Assembly: GCA_027923505.1 (NCBI GenBank) | Contig: BROI01000004.1 | Coordinates: 434,001 to 498,000, forward strand | Direction: 5' to 3' | Source: Mayamaea pseudoterrestris | Taxonomy: Eukaryota | Length of the DNA: 64,000 nucleotides | Part shown: in pieces, positions 12,501-22,826 of the stretch | Layout of the letters: every line of letters starts with the position of its first letter | Position numbering within the stretch: position 1 is the stretch's first letter | The notes under the pieces: generated by a model | Told to the model about the DNA's origin: nothing | The model's input: the letters and a program-made list of their open reading frames with translations, nothing else | Databases searched by the model: none | Program-made: the position numbers and the translations under genes

Positions 12501-15500
12501 GTGTTATCATCATTATTCCGGCTGCGCTACAAGATGGTAGGCTTGGCTGGTGTCTCCGGGGATGGCAATGTATTTGGTGACAACTTGTCACCAGTCTCAG
12601 CCAGCAGATGCCATGACATTCAAACGCCCCTACAGCAAGCCCTGTAGGTGCCCAAATTACACCAGAATGGTGCCAACATCATTATTCAGGCTGCGCTACA
12701 AGATGGTAGGCTTGGCTGGTGTCTCAGGGGATGGAAATGTATTTGGTGACAACTTGTCACCAGTCTCAGCCCGCAGATGCCGTGACATTCAAACGCCCCT
12801 ACAGCAAGCCCTGTAGGTGCCCAAAATACACCAGAATGGTGCCAACATCATTATTTAAGCTGCGCTACAAGATGGTAGGCTTGGCCGGTGTCTCAGGGGA
12901 TGGCAATGTGTTTGGTGACAACTTGTCACCAGTCTCAGCCTGCAGATGCCGGGACATTCAAACACCCCTACAGCAAGCCCTGTAGGTGCCCAAAATACAC
13001 CAGAATGGTGCCAACATCATTATTCAGGCTGCGCTACAAAATGGTAGGCTTGGCTGGTGTCTCAGGGGATGGCAATGTATTTGGTGACAACTTGTCGCAG
13101 ATGCCGTGACATTCAAACGCCCCTACAGCAAGCCCTGTAGGTGCCTAAAATACACCAGAATGGTGCCAACATCATTATTCAGGCTGCGCTACAAGATGGT
13201 AGGCTTGGCTGGTGTCTCAGGGGATGGAAATGTGTTTGGTGACAACTTGTCACCAGTCTCAGCCCGCAGATGCCGTGACATTCAAACGCTCCTACAGCAA
13301 GCCCTGTAGGTGCCCAAAATACACCAGAATGGTGCCAACATCATTATTCAGGCTGCGCTACAAGATGGTAGGCTTGGCTGGTGTCTCAGGGGATGGCAAT
13401 GTATTTGGTGACAACTTGTCACCAGTCTCAGCCCGCAGATGCCGTGACATTCAAACGCCCCTACAGCAAGCCCTGTATGTGCCCAAATTACACCAGAATG
13501 GTGGCAACATCATTATTCAGGCTGCGCTACAAGATGGTAGGCTTGGCCGGTGTCTCAGGGGATGGCAATGTATTTGGTGACAACTTGTCACCAGTCTCAG
13601 CCCGCAGATGCCGTGACATTCAAACGCCCCTACAGCAAGCCCTGTAGGTGCCTAAAATACACCAGAATGGTGCCAACATCATTATTCAGGCTGCGCTACA
13701 AAATGGTGGGCTTGGCTGGTGTCTCAGGGGATGGCAATGTATTTGGTGACAACTTGTCACCAGTCTCAGCCGGCAGATGCCGGGACATTCAAACGCCCCT
13801 ACAGCAAGCCCTGTAGGTGCCTAAAATACACCAGAATGGTGCCAACATCATTATTCAAGCTGCGCTACAAGATGGTAGGCTTGGCTGGTGTCTCAGGGGA
13901 TGGCAATGTATTTGGTGACAACTTGTCACCAGTCTCAGCCCGCAGATGCCGTGACATTCAAACGCCCCTACAGCAAGCCCTGTAGGTGCCCAAAATACAC
14001 CAGAATGGTGCCAACATCATTATTCAGGCTGCGCTACAAGATGGTAGGCTTGGCTGGTGTCTCAGGGGATGGCAATGTATTTGGTGACAACTTGTCACCA
14101 GTCTCAGCCCGCAGATGCCGAGACATTCAAACGCTCCTATAGCAAGCCCTGTAGGTGCCCAAAATACACCAGAATTATGCCAACATCAATATTCAGGCTG
14201 CGCTACAAGAAGGTTGGCTTGGCTGGTGTCTCAGGGGATGGCAATGTATTTGGTGACAACTTGTCGCAGATGCCGTGACATTCAAACGCCCCTACAGCAA
14301 GCCCTGTAGGTGCCCAAAATACACCAGAATGGTGCCAACATCATTATTCAGGCTGCGCTACAAGATCGTAGGCTTGGCTGGTGTCTCAGGGGATGGCAAT
14401 GTATTTGGTGACAACTTGTCACCAGTCTCAGCCTGCAGATGCTGTGACATTCAAACGCCCCTACAGCAAGCCCTGTAGGTGCTAAACCAGAATGGTACCA
14501 ACATCATTAATCAGGCTGCGCTAAAAGATGGCAGGCTTGGCTGGTGTCTCAGGGGATGGCAATGTATTTGGTGACAACTTGTCACCAGTCTCAGCTGGCA
14601 GATGCCGTGACATTCAAACGCCCCTACAGCAAGCCCTGTAGGTGCCTAAAATACACCAGAATGGTGCCAACATTCATTATTCAGGCTGCACTACAAGATG
14701 GTAGGCTTGGCTGGTGTCTCAGGGGATGGCAATGTATTTGGTGACAACTTGTCACCAGTCTCAGCCGGCAGATGCCGGGACATTCAAACGCCCCTACAGC
14801 AAGCCCTGTAGGTGCCCAAAATACACCAGAATGGTGCCAACATCATTATTCAGGCTGCTCTACAAGATGGTAGGCTTGGCTGGTGTCTCAGGGGATGGCA
14901 ATGTATTTGGTGACAACTTGTCACCAGTCTCAGCCTGCAGATGCCGTGACATTCAAATGCCCCTACAGCAAGCCCTGTAGGTGCCTAAAATACACCAGAA
15001 TGGTGCCAACATCATTATTCAGGCTCTGCTACAAGATGGGAGGCTTGGCTGGTGTCTCAGGGGATGGCAATGTATTTGGTGACAACTTGTCACCAGTCTC
15101 AGCCGGCAGATGCCGGGACATTCAAACGCCCCTACAGCAAGCCCTGTAGGTGCCCAAAATACACCAGAATGGTGCCAACATCATTATTCAGGCTGCGCTA
15201 CAAGATGGTAGGCTTGGCTGGTGTCTCATGGGATGGGAATGATTTTGGTGACAACTTGTCACCAGTCTCAGCCTGCAGATGCCGGGACATTCAAACACCC
15301 CTACAGCAAGCCCTGTAGGTGCCCAAAATACACCAGAATGGTGCCAACATCATTTATTAAGCTGCGCTACAAGATGGAAGGCTCAGCCGGTGTCTCGGGG
15401 GATGGCAATGTATTTGGTGACAACTTGTCACCAATCTCAGCCTGCAGATGCCGTGACATTCAAACACCCCTACAGCAAGCCCTGTAGGTGCCCAAAGTAC

Positions 15501-16243
15501 ACCAGAATGGTGCCAACATCATTATTCAGGCTGCGCTACAAGATGGTAGGCTTGGCTGGTGTCTCAGGGGATGGCAATGTATTTGGTGACAACTTGTCAC
15601 CAGTCTCAGCCCGCAGATGCCGTGACATTCAAACGCCCCTACAGCAAGCCCTGTAGGTGCCCAAAATACACCAGAATGGTGCCAACATCATTATTCAGGC
15701 TGCGCTACAAGATGGTAGGCTTGGCTGGTGTCTCAGGGGATGGCAATGTATTTGGTGACAACTTGTCACCAGTCTCAGCCCGCAGATGCCGGGACATTCA
15801 AACGCCCCTACAGCAAGCCCTGTAGGTGCCCAAAATACACCAGAATGGTGCCAACATCATTATTCAGGCTGCTCTACAAGATGGTAGGCTTGGCTGGTGT
15901 CTCAGGGGATGGCAATGTATTTGGTGACAACTTGTCACCAGTCTCAGCCTGCAGATGCCGTCATATTCAAATGCCCCTACAGCAAGCCCTGTAGGTGCCT
16001 AAAATACACCAGAATGGTGCCAACATCATTATTCAGGCTGCGCTACAAGATGGGAGGCTTGGCTGGTGTCTCAGGGGATGGCAATGTATTTGGTGACAAC
16101 TTGTCACCAGTCTCAGCCGGCAGATGCCGGGACATTCAAACGCCCCTACAGCAAGCCCTGTAGGTGCCCAAAATACACCAGAATGGTGCCAACATCCTTA
16201 TTCAAGCTGCGCTACAAGATTGTAGGCTTGGCTGGTGTCTCAT
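9577..16243 (+). repeat. 169-bp tandem satellite, left block (~39 monomers)
   Basis: Unit ...ttggtgacaacttgtcaccagtctcagcccgcagatgccgtgacattcaaacgcccctacagcaagccctgtaggtgcc... recurs with 169-bp period. Confidence 0.98.
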
Positions 16244-16556
16244 TTGCAGGATGCGAACGAAAACAGCGAAAATCGGGCAAGTCACACCGAATGTCCGATA
16301 GGGTGACACAGCGGCACTCGCGGCTTACCACAGCCTCACGATCGCGTGATGCGTGGCAGCGACGGCTTCGAAGCGATTCAACGAGTATATTGCTGAAACT
16401 AGTGCGATATAGAGTAGAAACAAGCAGACTTACTAAGCTTGAAGAGTTAAGAAAGCGATTTATTCGTCTCTCGTATTGTAGCAACTGCAAGCTTGGATTG
16501 GCCATCCAAGGACAGCTACAAGCGAAAGGTGCAACGATTTGATTTACAAGTTACAA
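16244..16556 (+). repeat. 5' LTR (313 bp)
   Basis: Direct repeat of 22514-22826; only one mismatch seen (cggcttacca vs cggctcacca). Confidence 0.96.
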
Positions 16557-16570
16557 GATTAACAGTCTTG
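16557..16570 (+). promoter_or_regulatory. Candidate primer-binding site complementary to a tRNA-Asn(GTT) anticodon arm
   Basis: Reverse complement of 16554-16570 is CAAGA-CTGTTAA-TCTTG; no TGG-type PBS follows the LTR. Confidence 0.55.
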
Positions 16571-16703
16571 AGACTCATTGCCTCGGCATAGAGACTTTAT
16601 CGACGAAGAGTACTATTGATTTACGAAGTAACGTGGACGCACGTTGGTTCTTGGCCCGGAAAGTTCCGCAGGTGATAGCAAGAACATTGTCACGACGACA
16701 ACG

Positions 16704-19700
16704 ATGGCGGAAACTCGCGCGCAGAAAGACGCGGCGTTTGCGCATGTTTACGAAGAGAACGTAGGCGTTTTCCAAGATCCTCAGTTCAAGGAGTTATTCG
16801 ACGAACTCGGAGTAGAATCGCTTACGCAATTGATCGAGATGGAGTACGACGATTTCGCGACGAAGTGGAACGTCACGACGACGACAACGACGACGACTGA
16901 CGATGGCGACAATGTCACGCAGGAAACGAGCGAACACTCGCTAACGAAGATGAAACAACGCACGATCACGAACGCGATCGAATGGTATTTGGCGCAAGAG
17001 TCGCCGGACATCAAGACATGGTCGCAACTGACCACCGAAACGCTGGCGACGTTCGTCACAGCACGAGCGAAGGAACGAGTCCAAGCGCGCAACATTGCGA
17101 GCGTGGGCAGCGGAAGCGGAGCGAAACCTCCAGCGAAGGAAAGCGAAACGGAATCCAAGAAGGACGAATCCAAGGACTCCACGCTAACGAACGAAGGCGA
17201 CGAGTCGAAGCCCGACTCGGCCGACAAGGTGCCACCGACGAGCGTGGACGTGGACACGAAGCAGTCACCAACATCCGTACTGGACCTCGGTGACGACGAA
17301 GACGACGAGAAGTATTCAGACCAATTTACGAAGTCTATCAAGTTCTCGGCGAAGGATTGTAAAGAAATGAAGCTGGATTCCTCGTGGAAACAGTGGATTT
17401 CTGAGTTGAAAGTCATCGCTACATTGCACGACTTCCACGAAGTCTTTGACGACGATTATGACCCGAAGGAAAAGGGACCGAAGGAACAAAAGGCGTATGC
17501 AAAGAAGAATGTGTTTGTGTACAGGATCTTTCTCACGCACTGTCGAACTCCGTCTGCATCACTCGCAGTACAGCAGTTCAAGAAGACGATGGACGGACGC
17601 GAAGTCTACCAACGATTGCGAACGCGATACGAAGAAGGCGCTACTGCTCACATCGAGAAGGAACGCGCGCGAACGGAACTGCAGGGAATGCGGCTGACCG
17701 AGAAGTGGTCAAGGCCGACGATCGAATTTCTCGCACTGTTCTACAAGAAAGTCATCTGGCTGCTCGAAATGGACGCAGAAGCTCTGACAGGTTTACAACG
17801 ATACGACATGCTACGCGACGCTTTCTCTGAGCACACTGGATTCAGCGCCTCGCTAGCAGGTTTTGACGGAATGATTGCCATCAAGAAACACATGGGGCAA
17901 CACGACTCGGAAGACAATTTCGCGCAGTTGTACGCGCACTTAGAAGAGTGCTGCATCAAGTATGACAAGAAACATCCATCGACGACGAAGACTAAGCGCA
18001 CAATCAATCAAGCGCAGTCTAGTGGAACGAAAGGAGGCGGCGGCGGCAATGGCGGCGCGACTCCAAGCGGCTTATCGGCGGAACGATTTGCAGCGATCAT
18101 GAAGAAACCTCACGCGAGCGTGAAGGATGAAGTCTGGTTGGAGATGAAGTTCGATCAGCGAAAGCAGTTGAAGGACAAGCGTGCGACGGCGCCCAAGACA
18201 CCCGAAAACGGATGGCGACCGCGCAACCAACGAGGCACGGCTACGACGCAGACGCAAGTCAACGCGGCGCATCAAGAGCGTCACGCGACGGAATCTGTAG
18301 CGAACGATCACGCAAGCGTTCCTGGCACGATTAATATTCAGCCAGGCAATAGTGGAATGTCAGTCCAAACGGCTGCACGATCGGTTCTGCAAGCAAATAA
18401 TGCGAGTACTACAACTCAGCAAGTGACAGGATCGTTGACGACTGATAACACCGGACGAGGTACATTCAGCTTCAACATGCATCGTCGTATGCGCGTCAAT
18501 CGCGCACACTACGAGCGGATCAACGAAGGCGCGCTCATCGACAGCGGCGCGAACGGAGGCTTATGCGGAGGAGACATGCTCGTCGTTTCGGAAACGAACG
18601 CCGAGGTGGATGTGACTGGTATTGACGATCATATTGTCCCAGCTCTCAAGATTGGCACTGCAGCTGGACTGGCTAAGACCCTTAGTGGCGAAACCATTCT
18701 GCTTTTGTGTCACCAGTATGCTTTAAAGCGAGACGGACCGACGATTCATTGCCCGAATCAATTGCGCGCAATGGGACATCGTGTCGACGATATTCCGACC
18801 ATGTTTGGCGGAACGCAACGAATTACGACGAACATTGGAGGCTACGTTTTGCCATTGGCAATTCGCGATGGCCTGGTGTACTTGGACGTGACGAAACCCA
18901 CGTTCGATGATTTGGATAAGTATCCGACTGTCATCATGACGTCGGACGTGCCGTGGGACCCGACTGTTTACGATGTCGAGCACGCGCACGACGATTTCGA
19001 CGAACGCGATCACGATTATGGATCTTTCGACGAACGATTCGACGATGACGGTATCACGCACCGCAATCGTCACACGCCGACACGCACTGGCGACGAACTT
19101 GACGTACTGATCAATCGGTGCGTGCGACACGCTCAGTTTTCACGCGTTAATTTGCGGAAGCTAAGAAGCAAGGAACCGGACTATAATGCTCTTCGGCCGT
19201 ACCTCGGATGGGTCCCGACTGAGCGCGTTCAACAGACTTTACGTCACACGGAAGCATGGTATCATCTCAGCGAACACCCGCGATTACCATTTCGACACCT
19301 CACGAAATCACGATTTCCGGCCGCGAACGTTCAGCGGTTGCGCGAACTATTCGCCACGGACACGATACACTCTGACACGCCAGCTTTGGATGATGGAATT
19401 CTAGGGCATGGGGGAGCTACTAAGATGCAGCTCTTTGTTGGACGAGAAAGTTTTTACACGCGCGGCTACCCGATGAAGTCGGAGAGCGAAATGTCAAACG
19501 CGTTAGAGGATTTTATCCGCGAAGTGGGCGCTCCTAACGGACTGCTCAGCGACAATGCCAAGTCGGAGACTGGCAAGGCTGTGAGGGATCTCTGTCGGAT
19601 GTACAATATTCCTCAAGTGACCACAGAACCGGGTCATCCAGAACAAAATCCATGCGAACGTCACACGTCGCACATTAAGCCAATGATGGAGAACCTCCAA

Positions 19701-22496
19701 CGAGATTCGGGTTCGCCAGGTCATTGCTGGGTTTTGCTGATTAAATTCGTAATCATGATACTGAACGTCCTCGCGACGAAATCGCTGGGATGGCGCACTC
19801 CAACGGAAGTTGCGTTCGGAAATTTGCCGGATATTTCGCCTTTGTTACATTTCAAGTGGTGGGAACCGGTCACGTTTGAGGCGCAGGGGAGTTTTCCCTC
19901 GGCGGTACGATCTGGCAACGGCCGATTTGTGGGCATCGCAGAGAATAGCGGTCCGCACATGACTTTTCTCGTTCTGACGGACGATACGCTTCAGGCGATT
20001 CCGCGCTCCAACGTGGTCTCGCGCAGCTACTTGTTACCACGAGAGTTGCCTTCCTTCCCTGAGTCTGGAGGGGAGATTTCTGAAGAAGCTACACGCGCAA
20101 GCGAGCGAAATTTTGAAACTCCAGATCTCGCGACAGGACGCTACCATAGCACGAATGCGACAGAAAGTAGTCACGACAACTACGAAGGAAACGACGACGA
20201 AACGATTCCGATGGCGAACCACGCCAACGTACCAGCGAAGTTCTTCAGAAGGGCTGAGCAAGAATCAGGGAATAAATGCCCTCTGTTCTCTCCAAGCGAA
20301 CTCATCGGACGCACGTTCGTAAGGGAACACGAAAACGGTCAGAAAATGCGAGCGACTGTATGCGAATATATCGAAGTACGCGATAACGAGCTACTCGAAA
20401 CGACGAAAGGTTTCCTAATCCAAATGGGAGAGGAGCCAGCGAAAGACTTAATAAGTTACAACGAACTGTCGGATTTAATCGAACGACAGATGGACGAAGA
20501 TATACGAAACGATCCGGCGACTCAGTGGGTATTCACGAAGGTAATCGGACACGAGCTTAATTTGAAACCGAACGATCCGACATACAAAGGAAGTTCAAGT
20601 AACGTTCTCGTCGAATGGACTGACGGAACGACGACGTGGGAGCCTCTCGCGATCATGAAGAAGGACGATCCGATAACGATCGCAGAGTATGGACTCAAGC
20701 ACGGCTTACTCGACAAGCCAGGATGGAAGCAGCTGGAGCATTACACTCGGAAGCGAAAGAAGTTTCGACAGATGGTAACAGCGGCGAAACGAAAATCGAA
20801 AGCAAACGGCGTACGCTACAAATTCGGCGTAAGGTTGCCGCGCAATTATAAAGATGCGAAAGCTCTCGACGAGATCAACGGCAACACGCTGTGGACGGAT
20901 GCGATTCGAACGGAATTAAATCAGATAAATGATTACCACACGTTCGCAGATCAAGGAGTCGGTAAGGTTATGCCGGCGCCGTGGAAACGAATAAACGTGC
21001 ACATGATATTCGATGTCAAGCACGATTTGCGACGGAAAGCACGACTCGTTGCAGGAGGACATATGACAGAGCCGCCGAAGGATTCAGTTTACTCGGGCGT
21101 TGTGTCATTGCGAAGTCTACGAATGGTAGCGATGTTAGCGGAACTCAACGGTCTGGAACTGTGGGCAGCTGACGTCGGCAACGCATACTTGGAAGCGAAA
21201 ACGAAAGAGAAGGTTTATATCGTGGCAGGTCCGGAGTTCGGGGAGCTCGAGGGTCACACGCTCACGATCGTGAAGGCATTATACGGTCTTCGCACGTCAG
21301 GCGCACGCTGGCACGAGCACTTTGCAGACACGCTCCGCGACATTGGCTTCACGCCGTGTATCGCAGAACCGGACGTGTGGATGCGCGATAAAGGCACGCA
21401 CTACGAATACGTTTGTGTGTATGTCGACGATTTAGCGATAGCGATGAAGAATCCGAAGGAACTAACGGATCTTTTAATTGAGAACTACAACTACAAGTTG
21501 AAGGGCGTCGGCCCATTGGCATATCATTTGGGCGCAGACGTTTGGCGAGACGACGACGGCGTACTCTGCTTCGGAGCGAAGAAGTACGTCACAAGACTAC
21601 TAGCGAACTACAAAGAAATGTTCGGCGAGGAACCGCGACCGCAGACAAGTCCACTACGCGACGGCGATCATCCGGAACTCGACGAAACGAAAGAACTTGA
21701 CGACGACGGAATTGCGAAGTATCAATCGATAATTGGTGCGTTGCAATGGGCAGTAAGTTTATGTCGATTCGACATTCACTGCGCTGTCATGACTATGGGG
21801 AGATTCCGAGCTGCGCCACGAGCGGGGCACTTGGAACGGTTGAAGCATATTTGCGGATACTTACGACGATACCCGGATGGAGCGATTCGATTCAACGTTT
21901 CGATTCCAACGGACGAGCGATACGCGACAGTTGACAAGATGGATTGGGATTACAGTGTGTACGGCAAGATCTGCGAAGAGCTTCCGTGGAACATGCCCAC
22001 GCCGCGCGGCAAGGCGGTGCGAATGTCAACGTTCGAAGATGCGAACCTGTACCACGATTACACGACGGGACGGGCAGCGATGGGCATGCTACACATGTTG
22101 AATGGAACAGTCGTTGATTGGTTTTCGAAACGCCAAGCGACGGTCGAGACGGCGACGTACGGCTCGGAGTTTGTAGCAGCGAGAGTGAGCACGGAGCAGA
22201 TCATGGATCTTCGCTTCACGCTACGCATGTTGGGAGTTCCGCTCGACGGACCTTCATGGATGTTTGGAGACAACAAGTCGGTAACGCAAAGCAGCAACCT
22301 ACCGCACTCTAGTCTGACGAAGCGACACAATGCACTGGCATTTCACCGTGTACGCGAAGCGATTGCGGCGGGAATTATTAATTTCAACCACATCATGGGA
22401 ACGACAAACCCGGCGGATGTACTTACCAAGTTTCTTCCACGGGCTACGGCAAGCAAGCACTTAAAGAACCTGCTCTTCAAGGAATCTAACTATTAG
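16704..22496 (+). CDS. Gag-Pol polyprotein (1930 aa from first ATG): gag, aspartic protease, integrase, chromodomain-like segment, RT, RNase H
   Basis: ALIDSGAN (PR); ATDTIH / LSDNAKSE / EQNPCE (DDE integrase); KARLVAGG, ADVGNAYL, KALYGL, YVDDL (RT); EDAN, GSEF, GDNKSV, NPADVLTK (RH); uninterrupted ORF. Confidence 0.96.
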   Translation: MAETRAQKDAAFAHVYEENVGVFQDPQFKELFDELGVESLTQLIEMEYDDFATKWNVTTTTTTTTDDGDNVTQETSEHSLTKMKQRTITNAIEWYLAQESPDIKTWSQLTTETLATFVTARAKERVQARNIASVGSGSGAKPPAKESETESKKDESKDSTLTNEGDESKPDSADKVPPTSVDVDTKQSPTSVLDLGDDEDDEKYSDQFTKSIKFSAKDCKEMKLDSSWKQWISELKVIATLHDFHEVFDDDYDPKEKGPKEQKAYAKKNVFVYRIFLTHCRTPSASLAVQQFKKTMDGREVYQRLRTRYEEGATAHIEKERARTELQGMRLTEKWSRPTIEFLALFYKKVIWLLEMDAEALTGLQRYDMLRDAFSEHTGFSASLAGFDGMIAIKKHMGQHDSEDNFAQLYAHLEECCIKYDKKHPSTTKTKRTINQAQSSGTKGGGGGNGGATPSGLSAERFAAIMKKPHASVKDEVWLEMKFDQRKQLKDKRATAPKTPENGWRPRNQRGTATTQTQVNAAHQERHATESVANDHASVPGTINIQPGNSGMSVQTAARSVLQANNASTTTQQVTGSLTTDNTGRGTFSFNMHRRMRVNRAHYERINEGALIDSGANGGLCGGDMLVVSETNAEVDVTGIDDHIVPALKIGTAAGLAKTLSGETILLLCHQYALKRDGPTIHCPNQLRAMGHRVDDIPTMFGGTQRITTNIGGYVLPLAIRDGLVYLDVTKPTFDDLDKYPTVIMTSDVPWDPTVYDVEHAHDDFDERDHDYGSFDERFDDDGITHRNRHTPTRTGDELDVLINRCVRHAQFSRVNLRKLRSKEPDYNALRPYLGWVPTERVQQTLRHTEAWYHLSEHPRLPFRHLTKSRFPAANVQRLRELFATDTIHSDTPALDDGILGHGGATKMQLFVGRESFYTRGYPMKSESEMSNALEDFIREVGAPNGLLSDNAKSETGKAVRDLCRMYNIPQVTTEPGHPEQNPCERHTSHIKPMMENLQRDSGSPGHCWVLLIKFVIMILNVLATKSLGWRTPTEVAFGNLPDISPLLHFKWWEPVTFEAQGSFPSAVRSGNGRFVGIAENSGPHMTFLVLTDDTLQAIPRSNVVSRSYLLPRELPSFPESGGEISEEATRASERNFETPDLATGRYHSTNATESSHDNYEGNDDETIPMANHANVPAKFFRRAEQESGNKCPLFSPSELIGRTFVREHENGQKMRATVCEYIEVRDNELLETTKGFLIQMGEEPAKDLISYNELSDLIERQMDEDIRNDPATQWVFTKVIGHELNLKPNDPTYKGSSSNVLVEWTDGTTTWEPLAIMKKDDPITIAEYGLKHGLLDKPGWKQLEHYTRKRKKFRQMVTAAKRKSKANGVRYKFGVRLPRNYKDAKALDEINGNTLWTDAIRTELNQINDYHTFADQGVGKVMPAPWKRINVHMIFDVKHDLRRKARLVAGGHMTEPPKDSVYSGVVSLRSLRMVAMLAELNGLELWAADVGNAYLEAKTKEKVYIVAGPEFGELEGHTLTIVKALYGLRTSGARWHEHFADTLRDIGFTPCIAEPDVWMRDKGTHYEYVCVYVDDLAIAMKNPKELTDLLIENYNYKLKGVGPLAYHLGADVWRDDDGVLCFGAKKYVTRLLANYKEMFGEEPRPQTSPLRDGDHPELDETKELDDDGIAKYQSIIGALQWAVSLCRFDIHCAVMTMGRFRAAPRAGHLERLKHICGYLRRYPDGAIRFNVSIPTDERYATVDKMDWDYSVYGKICEELPWNMPTPRGKAVRMSTFEDANLYHDYTTGRAAMGMLHMLNGTVVDWFSKRQATVETATYGSEFVAARVSTEQIMDLRFTLRMLGVPLDGPSWMFGDNKSVTQSSNLPHSSLTKRHNALAFHRVREAIAAGIINFNHIMGTTNPADVLTKFLPRATASKHLKNLLFKESNY

Positions 22497-22505
22497 GTAT
22501 GACTT

Positions 22506-22513
22506 GAGGGGAG
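22506..22513 (+). promoter_or_regulatory. Polypurine tract
   Basis: GAGGGGAG directly before the 3' LTR; the same tract precedes the LTR at 9293. Confidence 0.85.
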
Positions 22514-22826
22514 TTGCAGGATGCGAACGAAAACAGCGAAAATCGGGCAAGTCACACCGAATGTCCGATAGGGTGACACAGCGGCACTCGCGGCTCACCA
22601 CAGCCTCACGATCGCGTGATGCGTGGCAGCGACGGCTTCGAAGCGATTCAACGAGTATATTGCTGAAACTAGTGCGATATAGAGTAGAAACAAGCAGACT
22701 TACTAAGCTTGAAGAGTTAAGAAAGCGATTTATTCGTCTCTCGTATTGTAGCAACTGCAAGCTTGGATTGGCCATCCAAGGACAGCTACAAGCGAAAGGT
22801 GCAACGATTTGATTTACAAGTTACAA
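22514..22826 (+). repeat. 3' LTR (313 bp)
   Basis: Direct repeat of 16244-16556. Confidence 0.96.

Larger units (their letters stand above)
16244..22826 (+). mobile_element. Full-length Ty1/copia LTR retrotransposon (CoDi-like), 6583 bp
   Basis: Two 313-bp LTRs, TCAT TSD at 16240-16243 and 22827-22830, PPT, single gag-pol ORF in PR-IN-RT-RH order. Confidence 0.97.

Noticed and set aside
16644..16703. Upstream extension of gag-pol in the ORF track
   Set aside because: It begins at TTG; the first ATG is at 16704
22504..22812. ORF spanning the LTR (also at 9283 and 16066) as an accessory or env gene
   Set aside because: TTG start or fusion with satellite frames, no TM segment or known motif, and entirely LTR-derived
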